Sequence record: SRR20825006_1611
DNA: 44,906 bases
Strand: one strand, 5' to 3'
Shown here one piece after another: positions 9,068 to 18,361 of this stretch; the stretch's first letter is position 1, and each line of letters begins with the position of its first letter. The position numbers and the translations under genes are program-made. The notes below the pieces were generated by a model. The model was not told the DNA's origin and did not search any database. It saw nothing but the letters and a program-made list of their open reading frames with translations.

Positions 9068-10830
9068 GTCTCGATCTGGGAATTGTTGGCAACGGAACCA
9101 TTGCGGGCCTGATCAATGCGCGCGGTGACTATGAGTGGTTCTGCCTGCCACGCTTTGACGGGGAGCCCGTCTTCAACAAGCTTTTGGGCGGTGGCGGTTC
9201 ATTCAGTGTGTGGATGGAGGGCCTGTCCAAGCGTACGCAGTCCTATGACCGAAACACCGCCATCCTGCGCACGCGTATGGAGTCTGAAGATGGCGCCATC
9301 CTGGAGATCGTCGACTTTGCTCCGAGGTTTGAACGCAAGGGTCGCACGTTCCGGCCCGTCAGTCTGGTGCGACGGTTTGAAGTTATCGCGGGCACGCCAC
9401 AGCTGAAAATCTCCCTGACGCCGGAAACTGACTGGGGAGGGCGTCGGCTCAAGCCCATACGCGGTGTCAATCATGTGCGGTTCGTCGATGAAGAGTTTTC
9501 ATTCCGAGTCACGACTGACGCGCCGGTTTCCTATATTCTCACCGAAACAAGCTTCGTTCTAGACAAGGATGTGACGTTTATTCTTGGGGCAGACGAATCG
9601 CTGACAGATTCCCCGAGTGTCATCGCACGCGACTGGGAGGAGCGCACACGTCAATACTGGGCGAAATGGGCGCGGAGCCTGGCCGTTCCGTTCGAGTGGC
9701 AGGATGAAGTTATCCGCGCGGCCATAACACTTAAACTGTGCGTTTTCGAAGAGACTGGCGGCATTGTGGCGGCGCTGACCACGTCCATTCCGGAACATGA
9801 AGGTTCGTCACGCAACTGGGATTATCGCTTTTGCTGGATCCGGGATGCCTATTTCACTGTGACAGCGCTGAACCGGCTCTCAGGCATGGGGACGCTGGAG
9901 CACTATATGAGGTGGGTGCGGAATATTGTGGCGCATTCCAAAGGCGGCCACATCCAGCCAGTGTACGGGATCGGGCTCGAGGCAGACTTGACCGAAGACC
10001 TCGCACCGAACTTGCCGGGCTTCCGCGATTCAGGACCGGTGCGTCGGGGTAATCAGGCCGCCGAACATGTACAGCACGATGTTTACGGCCAGGTCGTACT
10101 CGGCGTCGCGCAATCCTTTTTCGATCACCGGCTGCTTGCGCAGCCCGGCATCGCCGAGTTTGAACAACTTGAGCCCGTGGGCGAGCGCGCATTCGCGGTC
10201 TATGACACACCGGATGCAGGCATCTGGGAGTTCCGGACCATTGCGCATGTCCACACATCGTCGGCGATCATGTGCTGGGCAGCATGCGATCGCCTGTCGC
10301 GTATTGCCGTGCGGCTCGAACTCGACAATCGCGCGGCCTATTGGCGTGAGCGGGCGGACATCATTCACGCCACCATTCTGGAGAAGGCCTGGAGTGCAGA
10401 CGTCGGCGCGTTTACAGCGGCCTTTGGTGGCACCGACCTTGATGCCTCTGTCCTGCTGATGGCCGAGATCGGCTTTCTCCCGGCAGGCGATCCGCGTTAT
10501 GTCGCAACCGTTGAGGCTGTCGACCGCGACCTTCGAATGGGAAACCATGTTTATCGCTACAAGGTCGAGGATGATTTCGGAAAACCGAAGACTGCCTTCA
10601 CGGCGTGTACTTTCTGGTTCATTGATGCGCTCTACCGGGTGGGGCGCGTCGAGGAGGCGCGCGAAATCTTTGAAAGCGTGCTTGCCAGCCGCAATCATGT
10701 TGGATTGCTGTCGGAGGATGTTGATCCGGAGACCGGCGAGCTTTGGGGGAACTTTCCTCAAACCTACTGCATGGTCGGGATAATCAATTCTGCGGCCCTA
10801 CTGAGCAAGCCTTGGGCAGCGGTTACCTGA
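9064..10830 (+). CDS. Glycoside hydrolase family 15 (probable trehalase)
   Basis: CLPRFD, NWDYRFCWIRDA, GIWEFR, GLLSE and GNFPQ motifs; ATGA overlap with otsB. Confidence 0.92.
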   Translation: MSLDLGIVGNGTIAGLINARGDYEWFCLPRFDGEPVFNKLLGGGGSFSVWMEGLSKRTQSYDRNTAILRTRMESEDGAILEIVDFAPRFERKGRTFRPVSLVRRFEVIAGTPQLKISLTPETDWGGRRLKPIRGVNHVRFVDEEFSFRVTTDAPVSYILTETSFVLDKDVTFILGADESLTDSPSVIARDWEERTRQYWAKWARSLAVPFEWQDEVIRAAITLKLCVFEETGGIVAALTTSIPEHEGSSRNWDYRFCWIRDAYFTVTALNRLSGMGTLEHYMRWVRNIVAHSKGGHIQPVYGIGLEADLTEDLAPNLPGFRDSGPVRRGNQAAEHVQHDVYGQVVLGVAQSFFDHRLLAQPGIAEFEQLEPVGERAFAVYDTPDAGIWEFRTIAHVHTSSAIMCWAACDRLSRIAVRLELDNRAAYWRERADIIHATILEKAWSADVGAFTAAFGGTDLDASVLLMAEIGFLPAGDPRYVATVEAVDRDLRMGNHVYRYKVEDDFGKPKTAFTACTFWFIDALYRVGRVEEAREIFESVLASRNHVGLLSEDVDPETGELWGNFPQTYCMVGIINSAALLSKPWAAVT

Positions 10831-10923
10831 TATTGCGCAGTTTGTACGAACGCAGGCTATTGATCATCATGATCGCTGACTGAGTTTGTTGAAACTATCC
10901 AGCGTTTGTGTGTTGCTGGGTCC

Positions 10924-12354
10924 ATGGCTGATGGTGAGGACGTATTCGACGAGATGCATGGATTTGGCGAAGGCGTGCGAGCGCCTTATGCCGGATACAA
11001 TGGCTGGTTTGACAACACGACCCCTTCGGCTCTGCTGAAGAAATCACGGGATGCGCAAACCTTCTTTCGGCGAACCGGTATCACCTTCAACGTTTATGGA
11101 AAATCTGAAGCTGACGAGCGGCTGATCCCGTTCGATCTGGTGCCGCGCATTATCGGCGCCAGCGAGTGGGCCTTGCTGGTTCGCGGCATCGAGCAACGGG
11201 TCAAGGCAATCAACGCTTTCCTGTACGATATCTATCACCGACAGGAGATCGTCCGCGCCGGTCGCCTGCCGGAACACCTTATCCGCGAGAATGACGCCTT
11301 TCTTCCGAAAATGATCGGCTTCGATCCACCGGGAGGGATTTACACGCATATTGTCGGGATTGATCTGGTGCGCACCGGCCCCAACGAATTCTTTGTGCTG
11401 GAGGACAATGCCCGCACGCCCTCTGGCGTGTCCTATATGCTGGAAAACCGGGAGACCATGCTGAAGATGTTCCCGGAACTGTTTGCGCAGATGTCGGTGC
11501 AGCGTGTTTCGGGGTATCCGATGGCGCTGCGGCGTTCGCTCGAACGGTCTGCACCGGCACAGGCCTCGGGCCGACCCACGGTGGCGATCCTTACACCTGG
11601 TATCCATAATTCAGCCTATTTCGAGCATGCCTTCCTGGCGGACCAGATGGGCGTTGAGCTTGTCGAAGGTCATGACTTGCGCGTCGTCGACGGACGGGTC
11701 GCCATGCGAACCACGCAAGGCTACGAAACCATCGATGTGTTGTATCGACGAGTTGATGATGATTATCTCGATCCACTGAATTTCCGCTCGGAATCCATGC
11801 TGGGCGTGGCGGGCATCTTTGATGTTTACCGGGCTGGGGGCATTACGATTGCCAATGCTCCGGGCACCGGCATTGCCGACGACAAAGCGATCTATTCATA
11901 CATGCCGGACATCGTCGAATTCTATACGGGGCAAGCGCCGCTGCTGAAGAATGTGCCGACTTGGCGCTGTGCGGAGAAAGACTCCTTGTCCTATGTGCTG
12001 GAGAATCTGGAAGAACTCGTCGTCAAGGAAGTTCACGGCTCCGGAGGCTATGGCATGCTGGTCGGGCCCGCAGCGAGCAAGAAGGAAATCGCTGCCTTCC
12101 GAAAGAAGCTTCAAGCCAAGCCATCCAATTATATAGCCCAGCCCACATTGGCCCTTTCGACGGTGCCTGTGCTGACGAAAGCTGGCCTGTCACCTCGCCA
12201 TGTCGACTTGCGCCCATTCGTACTTGTTTCATCTGATGGTGTTGAGGTGACGCCCGGCGGATTGACCCGCGTTGCCATGAAAAAGGGATCGCTTGTTGTG
12301 AACTCCAGCCAGGGCGGGGGCACCAAGGATACTTGGGTCCTGAAGGAGGGCTAA
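10924..12354 (+). CDS. Circularly permuted type 2 ATP-grasp protein
   Basis: GITFNVYG, LEDNARTPSGVSY, NSAYFEHAFLA and VVNSSQGGGTKDTWV motifs; first gene of the Anbu operon; start 10924 is preferred. Confidence 0.93.
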   Translation: MADGEDVFDEMHGFGEGVRAPYAGYNGWFDNTTPSALLKKSRDAQTFFRRTGITFNVYGKSEADERLIPFDLVPRIIGASEWALLVRGIEQRVKAINAFLYDIYHRQEIVRAGRLPEHLIRENDAFLPKMIGFDPPGGIYTHIVGIDLVRTGPNEFFVLEDNARTPSGVSYMLENRETMLKMFPELFAQMSVQRVSGYPMALRRSLERSAPAQASGRPTVAILTPGIHNSAYFEHAFLADQMGVELVEGHDLRVVDGRVAMRTTQGYETIDVLYRRVDDDYLDPLNFRSESMLGVAGIFDVYRAGGITIANAPGTGIADDKAIYSYMPDIVEFYTGQAPLLKNVPTWRCAEKDSLSYVLENLEELVVKEVHGSGGYGMLVGPAASKKEIAAFRKKLQAKPSNYIAQPTLALSTVPVLTKAGLSPRHVDLRPFVLVSSDGVEVTPGGLTRVAMKKGSLVVNSSQGGGTKDTWVLKEG

Positions 12355-12357
12355 GTC

Positions 12358-13299
12358 ATGCTGGGCAGGACTGCATCGGGTCTGTTCTGGATGGCCCGGC
12401 TTCTGGAAAGAGCCGAAAATACCAGCCGCCTTGTCGAGGCGGGCTTCCGCATGGCGCTCACCCGGACCCAACCGGGCGAGGAGGAGTGGCGATCTGTGCT
12501 CGTCACTGCTGGCTGTTGTGATGCCTATCTGGCGCGTCATGACACAATCACGGGCGACAAGGTTGCCGATTTCGCTCTGCGAGATCGCAGCAATCCGTCC
12601 AGCGTGATGTCAACGCTGCATGCGGCGCGAGAAAATGCCCGCATGACCCGCACCGCGCTGACGCGGGAAATGTGGGAAGCGATCAATGACTTCTGGATGG
12701 CCGTGCGCGATGCGTTGAAGCGTGCGCCATCCGAGACGGACCTGCCAGAAATCCTGACCATGATCCGCCAGCAGGGCGCGCAGGTAAGAGGCGCGACCAC
12801 AGGCACTATGCTCCGCAATGACATCTATAATTTTATCCTGTTGGGCATCATGTTTGAGCGCGCTGACAATACGGCGCGTATTCTCGATACAAAATACTAC
12901 GTCCTGCTACCGTCCAGCGCCTCGGTCGGCTCGTCGCTCGACAATGTGCAGTGGGAGATGATCCTGAGGTCGGCTTCGGCAGAGCGGTCTTTCCACTGGC
13001 TCAATGGCGGCAACATCACGCCGCGAGCGATAGCCGATTTCCTGATCTTCGACACACGTATGCCGCGCTCGCTGGCCTATTGTTACGACACGATCACCCA
13101 CCAACTGGATTGTCTGTTCCGGCAATATGGCCAACGGCTGGGGACCCATGATCTTGCCGAGTCTCTTGAGGCGAGCTTGACGGCCACGACGATTGAGAGC
13201 GTGTTTGAAAACGGATTGCACGAATTCCTGTCGGACTTCCTGAGGCGGAATGCATCCCTCTCGGCGCAGATCGAAACAGATTTCAGGTTCGCGGAGTGA
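12358..13299 (+). CDS. Alpha-E domain protein
   Basis: MLGRTA..LFWMARLLERAENTSR and a second ERADNTARILD repeat. Confidence 0.93.
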   Translation: MLGRTASGLFWMARLLERAENTSRLVEAGFRMALTRTQPGEEEWRSVLVTAGCCDAYLARHDTITGDKVADFALRDRSNPSSVMSTLHAARENARMTRTALTREMWEAINDFWMAVRDALKRAPSETDLPEILTMIRQQGAQVRGATTGTMLRNDIYNFILLGIMFERADNTARILDTKYYVLLPSSASVGSSLDNVQWEMILRSASAERSFHWLNGGNITPRAIADFLIFDTRMPRSLAYCYDTITHQLDCLFRQYGQRLGTHDLAESLEASLTATTIESVFENGLHEFLSDFLRRNASLSAQIETDFRFAE

Positions 13300-13303
13300 T
13301 GAG

Positions 13304-14104
13304 ATGCGACTGACCGTAGATCATTCATCGACCTACACATACGAACATGGCGTGTCCTATGCGCTCCAGCAGGTTCGCAAACGGCCGATCAGCCTTCCGT
13401 CGCAATCAATCCTGTCTTGGGACGTGTCGATTGAAGGGGCGCACTGGGAAACAAGCTATACCGACCATCATGGAAATCTGGTGGATCTGATCCAGTTGGA
13501 GCCGGACGTCATGAGCGTGTCGGTAAGTGTAAAAGGTGAGGTCGAGACGCATGACACGTCCGGTGTCATGGGGGGGCACAGTCAGCTTGTGCCGCTCTGG
13601 CTTTACCAGCGACCGACCGAACTCACCATGCCGGCGAAAGGATTGCGGGCATTGGCGGGCAAGTTCAGTCGAAGCCCGTCACAAGATATTGGCGTCCTGC
13701 ATGAGTTGATGGTGGAAATTGCGGACAAGGTTGCCTACCGGACCAATGAGACAGACTCGCGCACCACGGCAGAAGATGCGCTGCAGCAGGGGCAGGGGGT
13801 CTGTCAGGACCATGCGCATATATTCATCACGGTCGCGCGCCTGCTTGGCTATCCTGCGCGTTATGTCAGCGGATACCTGATGATGACGGACAGGGTGGAC
13901 CAGGACGCCGGCCATGCCTGGGCGGAGGCTTGGGTCGATGGCCTTGGATGGACGGGGTTTGATGTTTCCAATGGTATTAGCCCGGATGCGCGCTACATAC
14001 AGGTAGCGACTGGCTTGGATTACAGCGACGCGGCCCCCATCAGAGGTTTAGTCTATGGCGCGGGTGCGGAAAATCTCGTGGTTTCCATTCAAGTCCAGCA
14101 GTAA
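13304..14104 (+). CDS. Transglutaminase-like protein
   Basis: Catalytic triad motifs GVCQDHAH, HAWAE and GFD, plus PARYVSGY. Confidence 0.93.
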   Translation: MRLTVDHSSTYTYEHGVSYALQQVRKRPISLPSQSILSWDVSIEGAHWETSYTDHHGNLVDLIQLEPDVMSVSVSVKGEVETHDTSGVMGGHSQLVPLWLYQRPTELTMPAKGLRALAGKFSRSPSQDIGVLHELMVEIADKVAYRTNETDSRTTAEDALQQGQGVCQDHAHIFITVARLLGYPARYVSGYLMMTDRVDQDAGHAWAEAWVDGLGWTGFDVSNGISPDARYIQVATGLDYSDAAPIRGLVYGAGAENLVVSIQVQQ

Positions 14105-14137
14105 AGTTAGTCGAGATATTGATCGGAGAATCATCAA

Positions 14138-14869
14138 GTGACGTATTGCGTTGCGCTTCGGCTTGACCGGGGGCTTATCTTTATGTCGGACACTCGCACC
14201 AATGCGGGCATCGACAACATTTCGAAGTTCCAGAAGATGTTCACATGGGAGGTGCCCGGCGAGCGGGTCATCACCATTTTGACTGCGGGAAATCTCGCCA
14301 CCACGCAGGCCGTGATCAGCCTGTTGGATGAGCGCCTGAAGGCGCCGGAAGAACGAAACCCCAGTATCATGGCAGCTGATACAATGTTTCAGGTTGCCAG
14401 ATTGGTCGGAGACACGGTGAAGGAGGTCATCCGCACGCAGGGCGATGGAGGGCCGGAATCAGAGGCGGCTTTCGGCGCGACGCTCATCGTGGGGGGACAG
14501 ATCTCCGGGATGGAGCCGCGTCTGTTCCTGGTCTATCCCGAAGGCAACTTCATTGAGGCCAGCGACGAAACGCCTTTCTTCCAGATTGGCGAGACCAAAT
14601 ATGGCAGACCGATCCTGCTGAGAGCCTTCAGCCCGGACATGACGTTCGAAGAAGCGGTAAAACTGCTCTACGTCTCATTTGACTCAACACTCAAGGCAAA
14701 CCTCTCGGTGGGGATGCCGCTTGATCTGCAGACGATTGAAAAAGACATTTACAAAGTCACTGAGAAGCGACGCGTCGAAGAGAATGACCCCTATTTCACG
14801 GCGATCTCTTCGCGTTGGGGAGACGCGCTGAAACTGGCTTTCAACTCGCTGCCCGACTATGAATTCTGA
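14138..14869 (+). CDS. Anbu proteasome-type (Ntn-hydrolase) protease
   Basis: MTYCVAL..(Thr1 nucleophile)..SDTRTNAGID, AGNLATTQ, QIGETKYGRPIL; canonical fourth gene of this operon; GTG start with GGAG RBS. Confidence 0.93.
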   Translation: MTYCVALRLDRGLIFMSDTRTNAGIDNISKFQKMFTWEVPGERVITILTAGNLATTQAVISLLDERLKAPEERNPSIMAADTMFQVARLVGDTVKEVIRTQGDGGPESEAAFGATLIVGGQISGMEPRLFLVYPEGNFIEASDETPFFQIGETKYGRPILLRAFSPDMTFEEAVKLLYVSFDSTLKANLSVGMPLDLQTIEKDIYKVTEKRRVEENDPYFTAISSRWGDALKLAFNSLPDYEF

Positions 14870-14875
14870 CTTGGC

Positions 14876-15838
14876 CTAAAAGGTCGGTTCCGGGACATGG
14901 TTGCGGTAGAGCCTCTTGGCGAGCTCGACACGGGCCAGTGCATCCAGGCCCTCAATGTCTGCCTTCAGAGTCGCGTTCAACAGGGGGCGAATGCCGATCC
15001 GGTTGGCGACCTGAATCGCCAGGCCGGGACGGGCATTGAGCTCCAGCAGGAGCGGCCCCTTGGTCTTGTCCAGTACGATGTCGGCGCCGAGATAGCCGAG
15101 CCCGGTTACATCATAGGCCTTTGCTGCCATTTCGAGCATTGTGTCCCAGTGTGGCACCGAGAAATTCCGCAGCGGGTTTGCCGTGTCAGGATGGATGTCA
15201 GTGGTTTTGCCATTCTGCATGCCGCTGAGTGTCTTGCCGGTCACAAGATCCAATCCGACACCAACGCCGCCCTTATGGAGGTTTGCCTTACCGTCAGATT
15301 CTGCGGTCGGCAGACGCACCATGGCCACGGCAGGAATGCCCCGCACGACAATGATCCGGATATCCGGTACGCCGCCGAATGAGATCGGATTGAAGATTTC
15401 GTCGAACTTCACCCGGTACTCAAACATCGCCACATCCGGTTGGCCGCTTAGGCTGTACATGCCCGACAGGATGTTATTGACGTGGAAACGGATGTCTTCG
15501 AGCAGGGCGCGCTGCCCATTGGAACGGCGCCAGCCGCCACGCATTGGCTCCATCAGCACTTGAATCCCATTTCCCTGAGAGCCATTGGCGGGCTTGATGA
15601 CCACGCCATCCGGCTTGTCGAGATAGGATTCCAGATGGCGCATGTGGAACGGGTTGGCGATCACACCATAGAGTTCCGGTGTGGGAATATTGGCTGCGTT
15701 CGCAAGTCGCTTCGTCTCGCGCTTGTCATCAACCAGCCGGATCAGTCGCCTCGGATTGAGCTCATTGACGAGCCGGACATTCCGCTCGTTGATTCCGAGC
15801 AGTCCGGCACGTCGCAATGCCCGGTAGCGTCCGATCAT
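14876..15838 (-). CDS. Alpha-L-glutamate ligase-like (RimK-related) ATP-grasp protein
   Basis: GINERN, VDDK, VIKPANGSQGNGI, GVPDIR, ANLHKGG and LELNARPGLAIQ motifs. Confidence 0.9.
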   Translation of the reverse strand: MIGRYRALRRAGLLGINERNVRLVNELNPRRLIRLVDDKRETKRLANAANIPTPELYGVIANPFHMRHLESYLDKPDGVVIKPANGSQGNGIQVLMEPMRGGWRRSNGQRALLEDIRFHVNNILSGMYSLSGQPDVAMFEYRVKFDEIFNPISFGGVPDIRIIVVRGIPAVAMVRLPTAESDGKANLHKGGVGVGLDLVTGKTLSGMQNGKTTDIHPDTANPLRNFSVPHWDTMLEMAAKAYDVTGLGYLGADIVLDKTKGPLLLELNARPGLAIQVANRIGIRPLLNATLKADIEGLDALARVELAKRLYRNHVPEPTF

Positions 15839-17367
15839 TTCCGGTCATCCAGTTCACGGAAACGGATCAACTCGCTGAGGCGCAGGCCGGTATATTTCCC
15901 CATCAGCAGGCAGATCGCCATGATCACCAGAAGCAGTTCAGGGAAATTGAACATCAGATATTCGACATGCGTGTTGGTCATCACCAGATACGATGCTGCC
16001 GCCACCATGAGACTGCCAATGCCTTGCTTGATGGCCTCTGTAGCTGAGTATTCTTCCCATGCGATCGACATACGCTCGATCGTCATCGTCAGAATGACCA
16101 TGGGGAACAGCGAGATCGATAGACCGATGCGCTGACCGTTATTCGCCATGATCTGGGCGATCACAGCCATACAGATAACAATGAACACAACCACCGTCGC
16201 CAATCGCGGCACCAGCAACAGCTTCAATTTCTCTAGATAGAAGCGCACAGCGAGGCCCAGCGCGATCAGTGCGGTGAACAGGATCACGCCATTCACAAGA
16301 GCGGTTTCACGGAACGCAATTCCGATCAGGACGGGCATGAACGTGCCGAGTGTCTGAAGGCCGATGAACTGACGCAGGAAGACCAGCATCAGAATGCCAA
16401 CCGGGATGGTGACGAGCACCTGATAGACCAGCTGAGTGGTAATGGGCAGTCGGTTGAAGGAGAACCATTGCATGGCCGAGCCTTCTGCTTTGGCGACGCG
16501 CTGCATGACATCCGCCACGTCTGCGTTTACCGGCTGCAGGCTGACTTGCAGGTCCAGGTCCGAAATGCCTTCCGCGCGAATAAAATCATTCGTGCCATGC
16601 CAGATCGTGAAAAATTCTTCGGGGTCCGGGCCGGGGAAGTAGCGTCGATCGGCTCCATCGGCATGGTATTCAAGCCAGTGACGGATTTCGGCCCGTCGGC
16701 GTGCCTGGTCCATGTAAACACCATTAGCGACCCGCGCTGGAATTCCCTGACTTGTCAGCACATCACGTGCGAGTGCAAGGCGGGCGATCTGACGGGTGAG
16801 TGTGGGAGACAAGAGCGCTTCCACCTCATCGACATCGCCGTCCACGAATATCTCTTCCAACACCAGATCGGCGAGAGATTCATCGTCAGCGGATCGCCGG
16901 CGCAGATCTGTCGACCAGACCAGGAAGGCTTGCCGTTCAAGGTCATTCTCGGCTTCAGGCGCGGCGCGGCGCAGCTTGCGCTGCATGCTTTCCGGCAAGG
17001 GGCTAGCGAGCGTTTCGCCGAGCAGGCGCGCGCGGTAGCGGAGCACTTTCCGGTCATTCGGATAGCGGTAAGTCCAGATCGCGGTCCGGCCATCACCCTC
17101 GCGCGCATTCAGGCGCAGACCAAAGGCGCCGTTGTAGAATTGCTCCTGAGACACCCTGCGGTTTTCACTGTTCGATGGAATATAGGTTTCCAGTCGGACG
17201 GGTTGGTTGCTCGTGTCGAAATCGAGGTAGATTTCGAAATCCCATGTGGTCGTCCGTTCGCCGGGCGTCAGGGGATAGTCCAATTGCAGAACTTTGGTTG
17301 CGAATATGCCGAGGCCGATAGCGGCCAGAACCAGCGCAAGTAGTCGGGTATGTGTAAAACTATTCAC
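15835..17367 (-). CDS. Inactive transglutaminase domain fused to a 7TM domain
   Basis: GIPARVANG and HWLEY TGase-like fold without a visible catalytic Cys; C-terminal RQFIGLQTLGTFMPVLI..FPMVILTMTIER TM block. GTG 17367 overlaps the upstream stop. Confidence 0.88.
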   Translation of the reverse strand: MNSFTHTRLLALVLAAIGLGIFATKVLQLDYPLTPGERTTTWDFEIYLDFDTSNQPVRLETYIPSNSENRRVSQEQFYNGAFGLRLNAREGDGRTAIWTYRYPNDRKVLRYRARLLGETLASPLPESMQRKLRRAAPEAENDLERQAFLVWSTDLRRRSADDESLADLVLEEIFVDGDVDEVEALLSPTLTRQIARLALARDVLTSQGIPARVANGVYMDQARRRAEIRHWLEYHADGADRRYFPGPDPEEFFTIWHGTNDFIRAEGISDLDLQVSLQPVNADVADVMQRVAKAEGSAMQWFSFNRLPITTQLVYQVLVTIPVGILMLVFLRQFIGLQTLGTFMPVLIGIAFRETALVNGVILFTALIALGLAVRFYLEKLKLLLVPRLATVVVFIVICMAVIAQIMANNGQRIGLSISLFPMVILTMTIERMSIAWEEYSATEAIKQGIGSLMVAAASYLVMTNTHVEYLMFNFPELLLVIMAICLLMGKYTGLRLSELIRFRELDDRK

Positions 17368-17887
17368 TGTCGTCTTTTTCGCAGCTGCCTTCGGCGATGA
17401 ATGTCGAAGAGGAATCAACAAGCACGCGGGATGCCATGAACTCGCGGCCTACCAGGAAGTCGTACTCGAAATCCTCGCGGTCAGCCAAATTGACTTCAGC
17501 GAGTCCACTGACGCCGCCGATGCAGAGCGGCAAGTGGATGACGGGACGCCGGATGGTTCCGCCGGTTTTCAGCTTGATCAGCGCGAAGCGACGGACATTC
17601 TGGTCATATCGCACTGTGCGACCATTCTTGCCGACCAGACGAAACCGGACCCAGTCATCCTTGCCAGATTTATTGTAGATATGGACGTCACGGGCAAAAA
17701 CAGAGCTTGAATCAGCGCCGGTATCCAGCTTGCCCTTCATCTCCAGGCCGAGCTTGCCGACATAAACATTCTCGACATAGCCCATCACTGCCGGTTCGCT
17801 TGAGCGGTCGCGACTGTCCGCAATGGCGGAAACTATGGGCAGTGAAAGAACGGCCGTTGCGGCCAAGACGTGTCTCAGATACTTCAC
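17360..17887 (-). CDS. Exported retropepsin-like aspartic protease (RimK-associated 'ATP-dependent Zn protease' family)
   Basis: Signal peptide; KLDTGADSSS, RPVI and VNLADR..F.Y..LVGR motifs; start is GTG 17887 or ATG 17920. Confidence 0.87.
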   Translation of the reverse strand: MKYLRHVLAATAVLSLPIVSAIADSRDRSSEPAVMGYVENVYVGKLGLEMKGKLDTGADSSSVFARDVHIYNKSGKDDWVRFRLVGKNGRTVRYDQNVRRFALIKLKTGGTIRRPVIHLPLCIGGVSGLAEVNLADREDFEYDFLVGREFMASRVLVDSSSTFIAEGSCEKDDSE

Positions 17888-18082
17888 GAGAATTCGTTCC
17901 TCTTGCCTCAGGATCGGCATTTTTCGTCACCTAACATGCAAGGCATGCGGGCGATAGCTATCCGATCACTAGGTGGTCCCAAAACGGGACGCAAGGATGA
18001 TTGAATAGTTCCCTTAACAGCCCGATTCCGCCTGAAAAACCTGATTTCGTGGCATTTCTATGGTGAATGCTGGGATCGTCTG

Positions 18083-18098
18083 TGGCCTTGCCTTTGCA
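18083..18098 (+). promoter_or_regulatory. Candidate sigma-54 (-24/-12) promoter upstream of the pfa-like operon
   Basis: TGGCCTTGCCTTTGCA has GG-N10-GC spacing and TTGCA; lies in the divergent intergenic region. Confidence 0.45.
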
Positions 18099-18361
18099 CC
18101 CAAATAGAATGGCGCTTGGCAGGTGTGCCATATCCCGACAAAAATTAACCAAGAATAGAATTTGAAAAAATATCTATTTCAGGTTGCGTTCATTGGCTGC
18201 TGCTTTACAGTAGTTTCTGGAGGGAGAGAGCTGAGTCTGTCTCACGGAACACAGTAGAGGGTTTTGACACGTCTTAGCAGGTGCGTTTCCCTTATCTGTG
18301 TTCAAATGTACGAGTCACGTCCGTCCTCGAAGAAATCGGGGTCAGCAAGCAGGAAGGCTTT

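Noticed and set aside
10860-10875. TTGATcatcATGAT as an FNR/FixK box before the Anbu operon
   Set aside because: The right half-site has two mismatches; the GATCAT-c-ATGATC palindrome alone is insufficient evidence.
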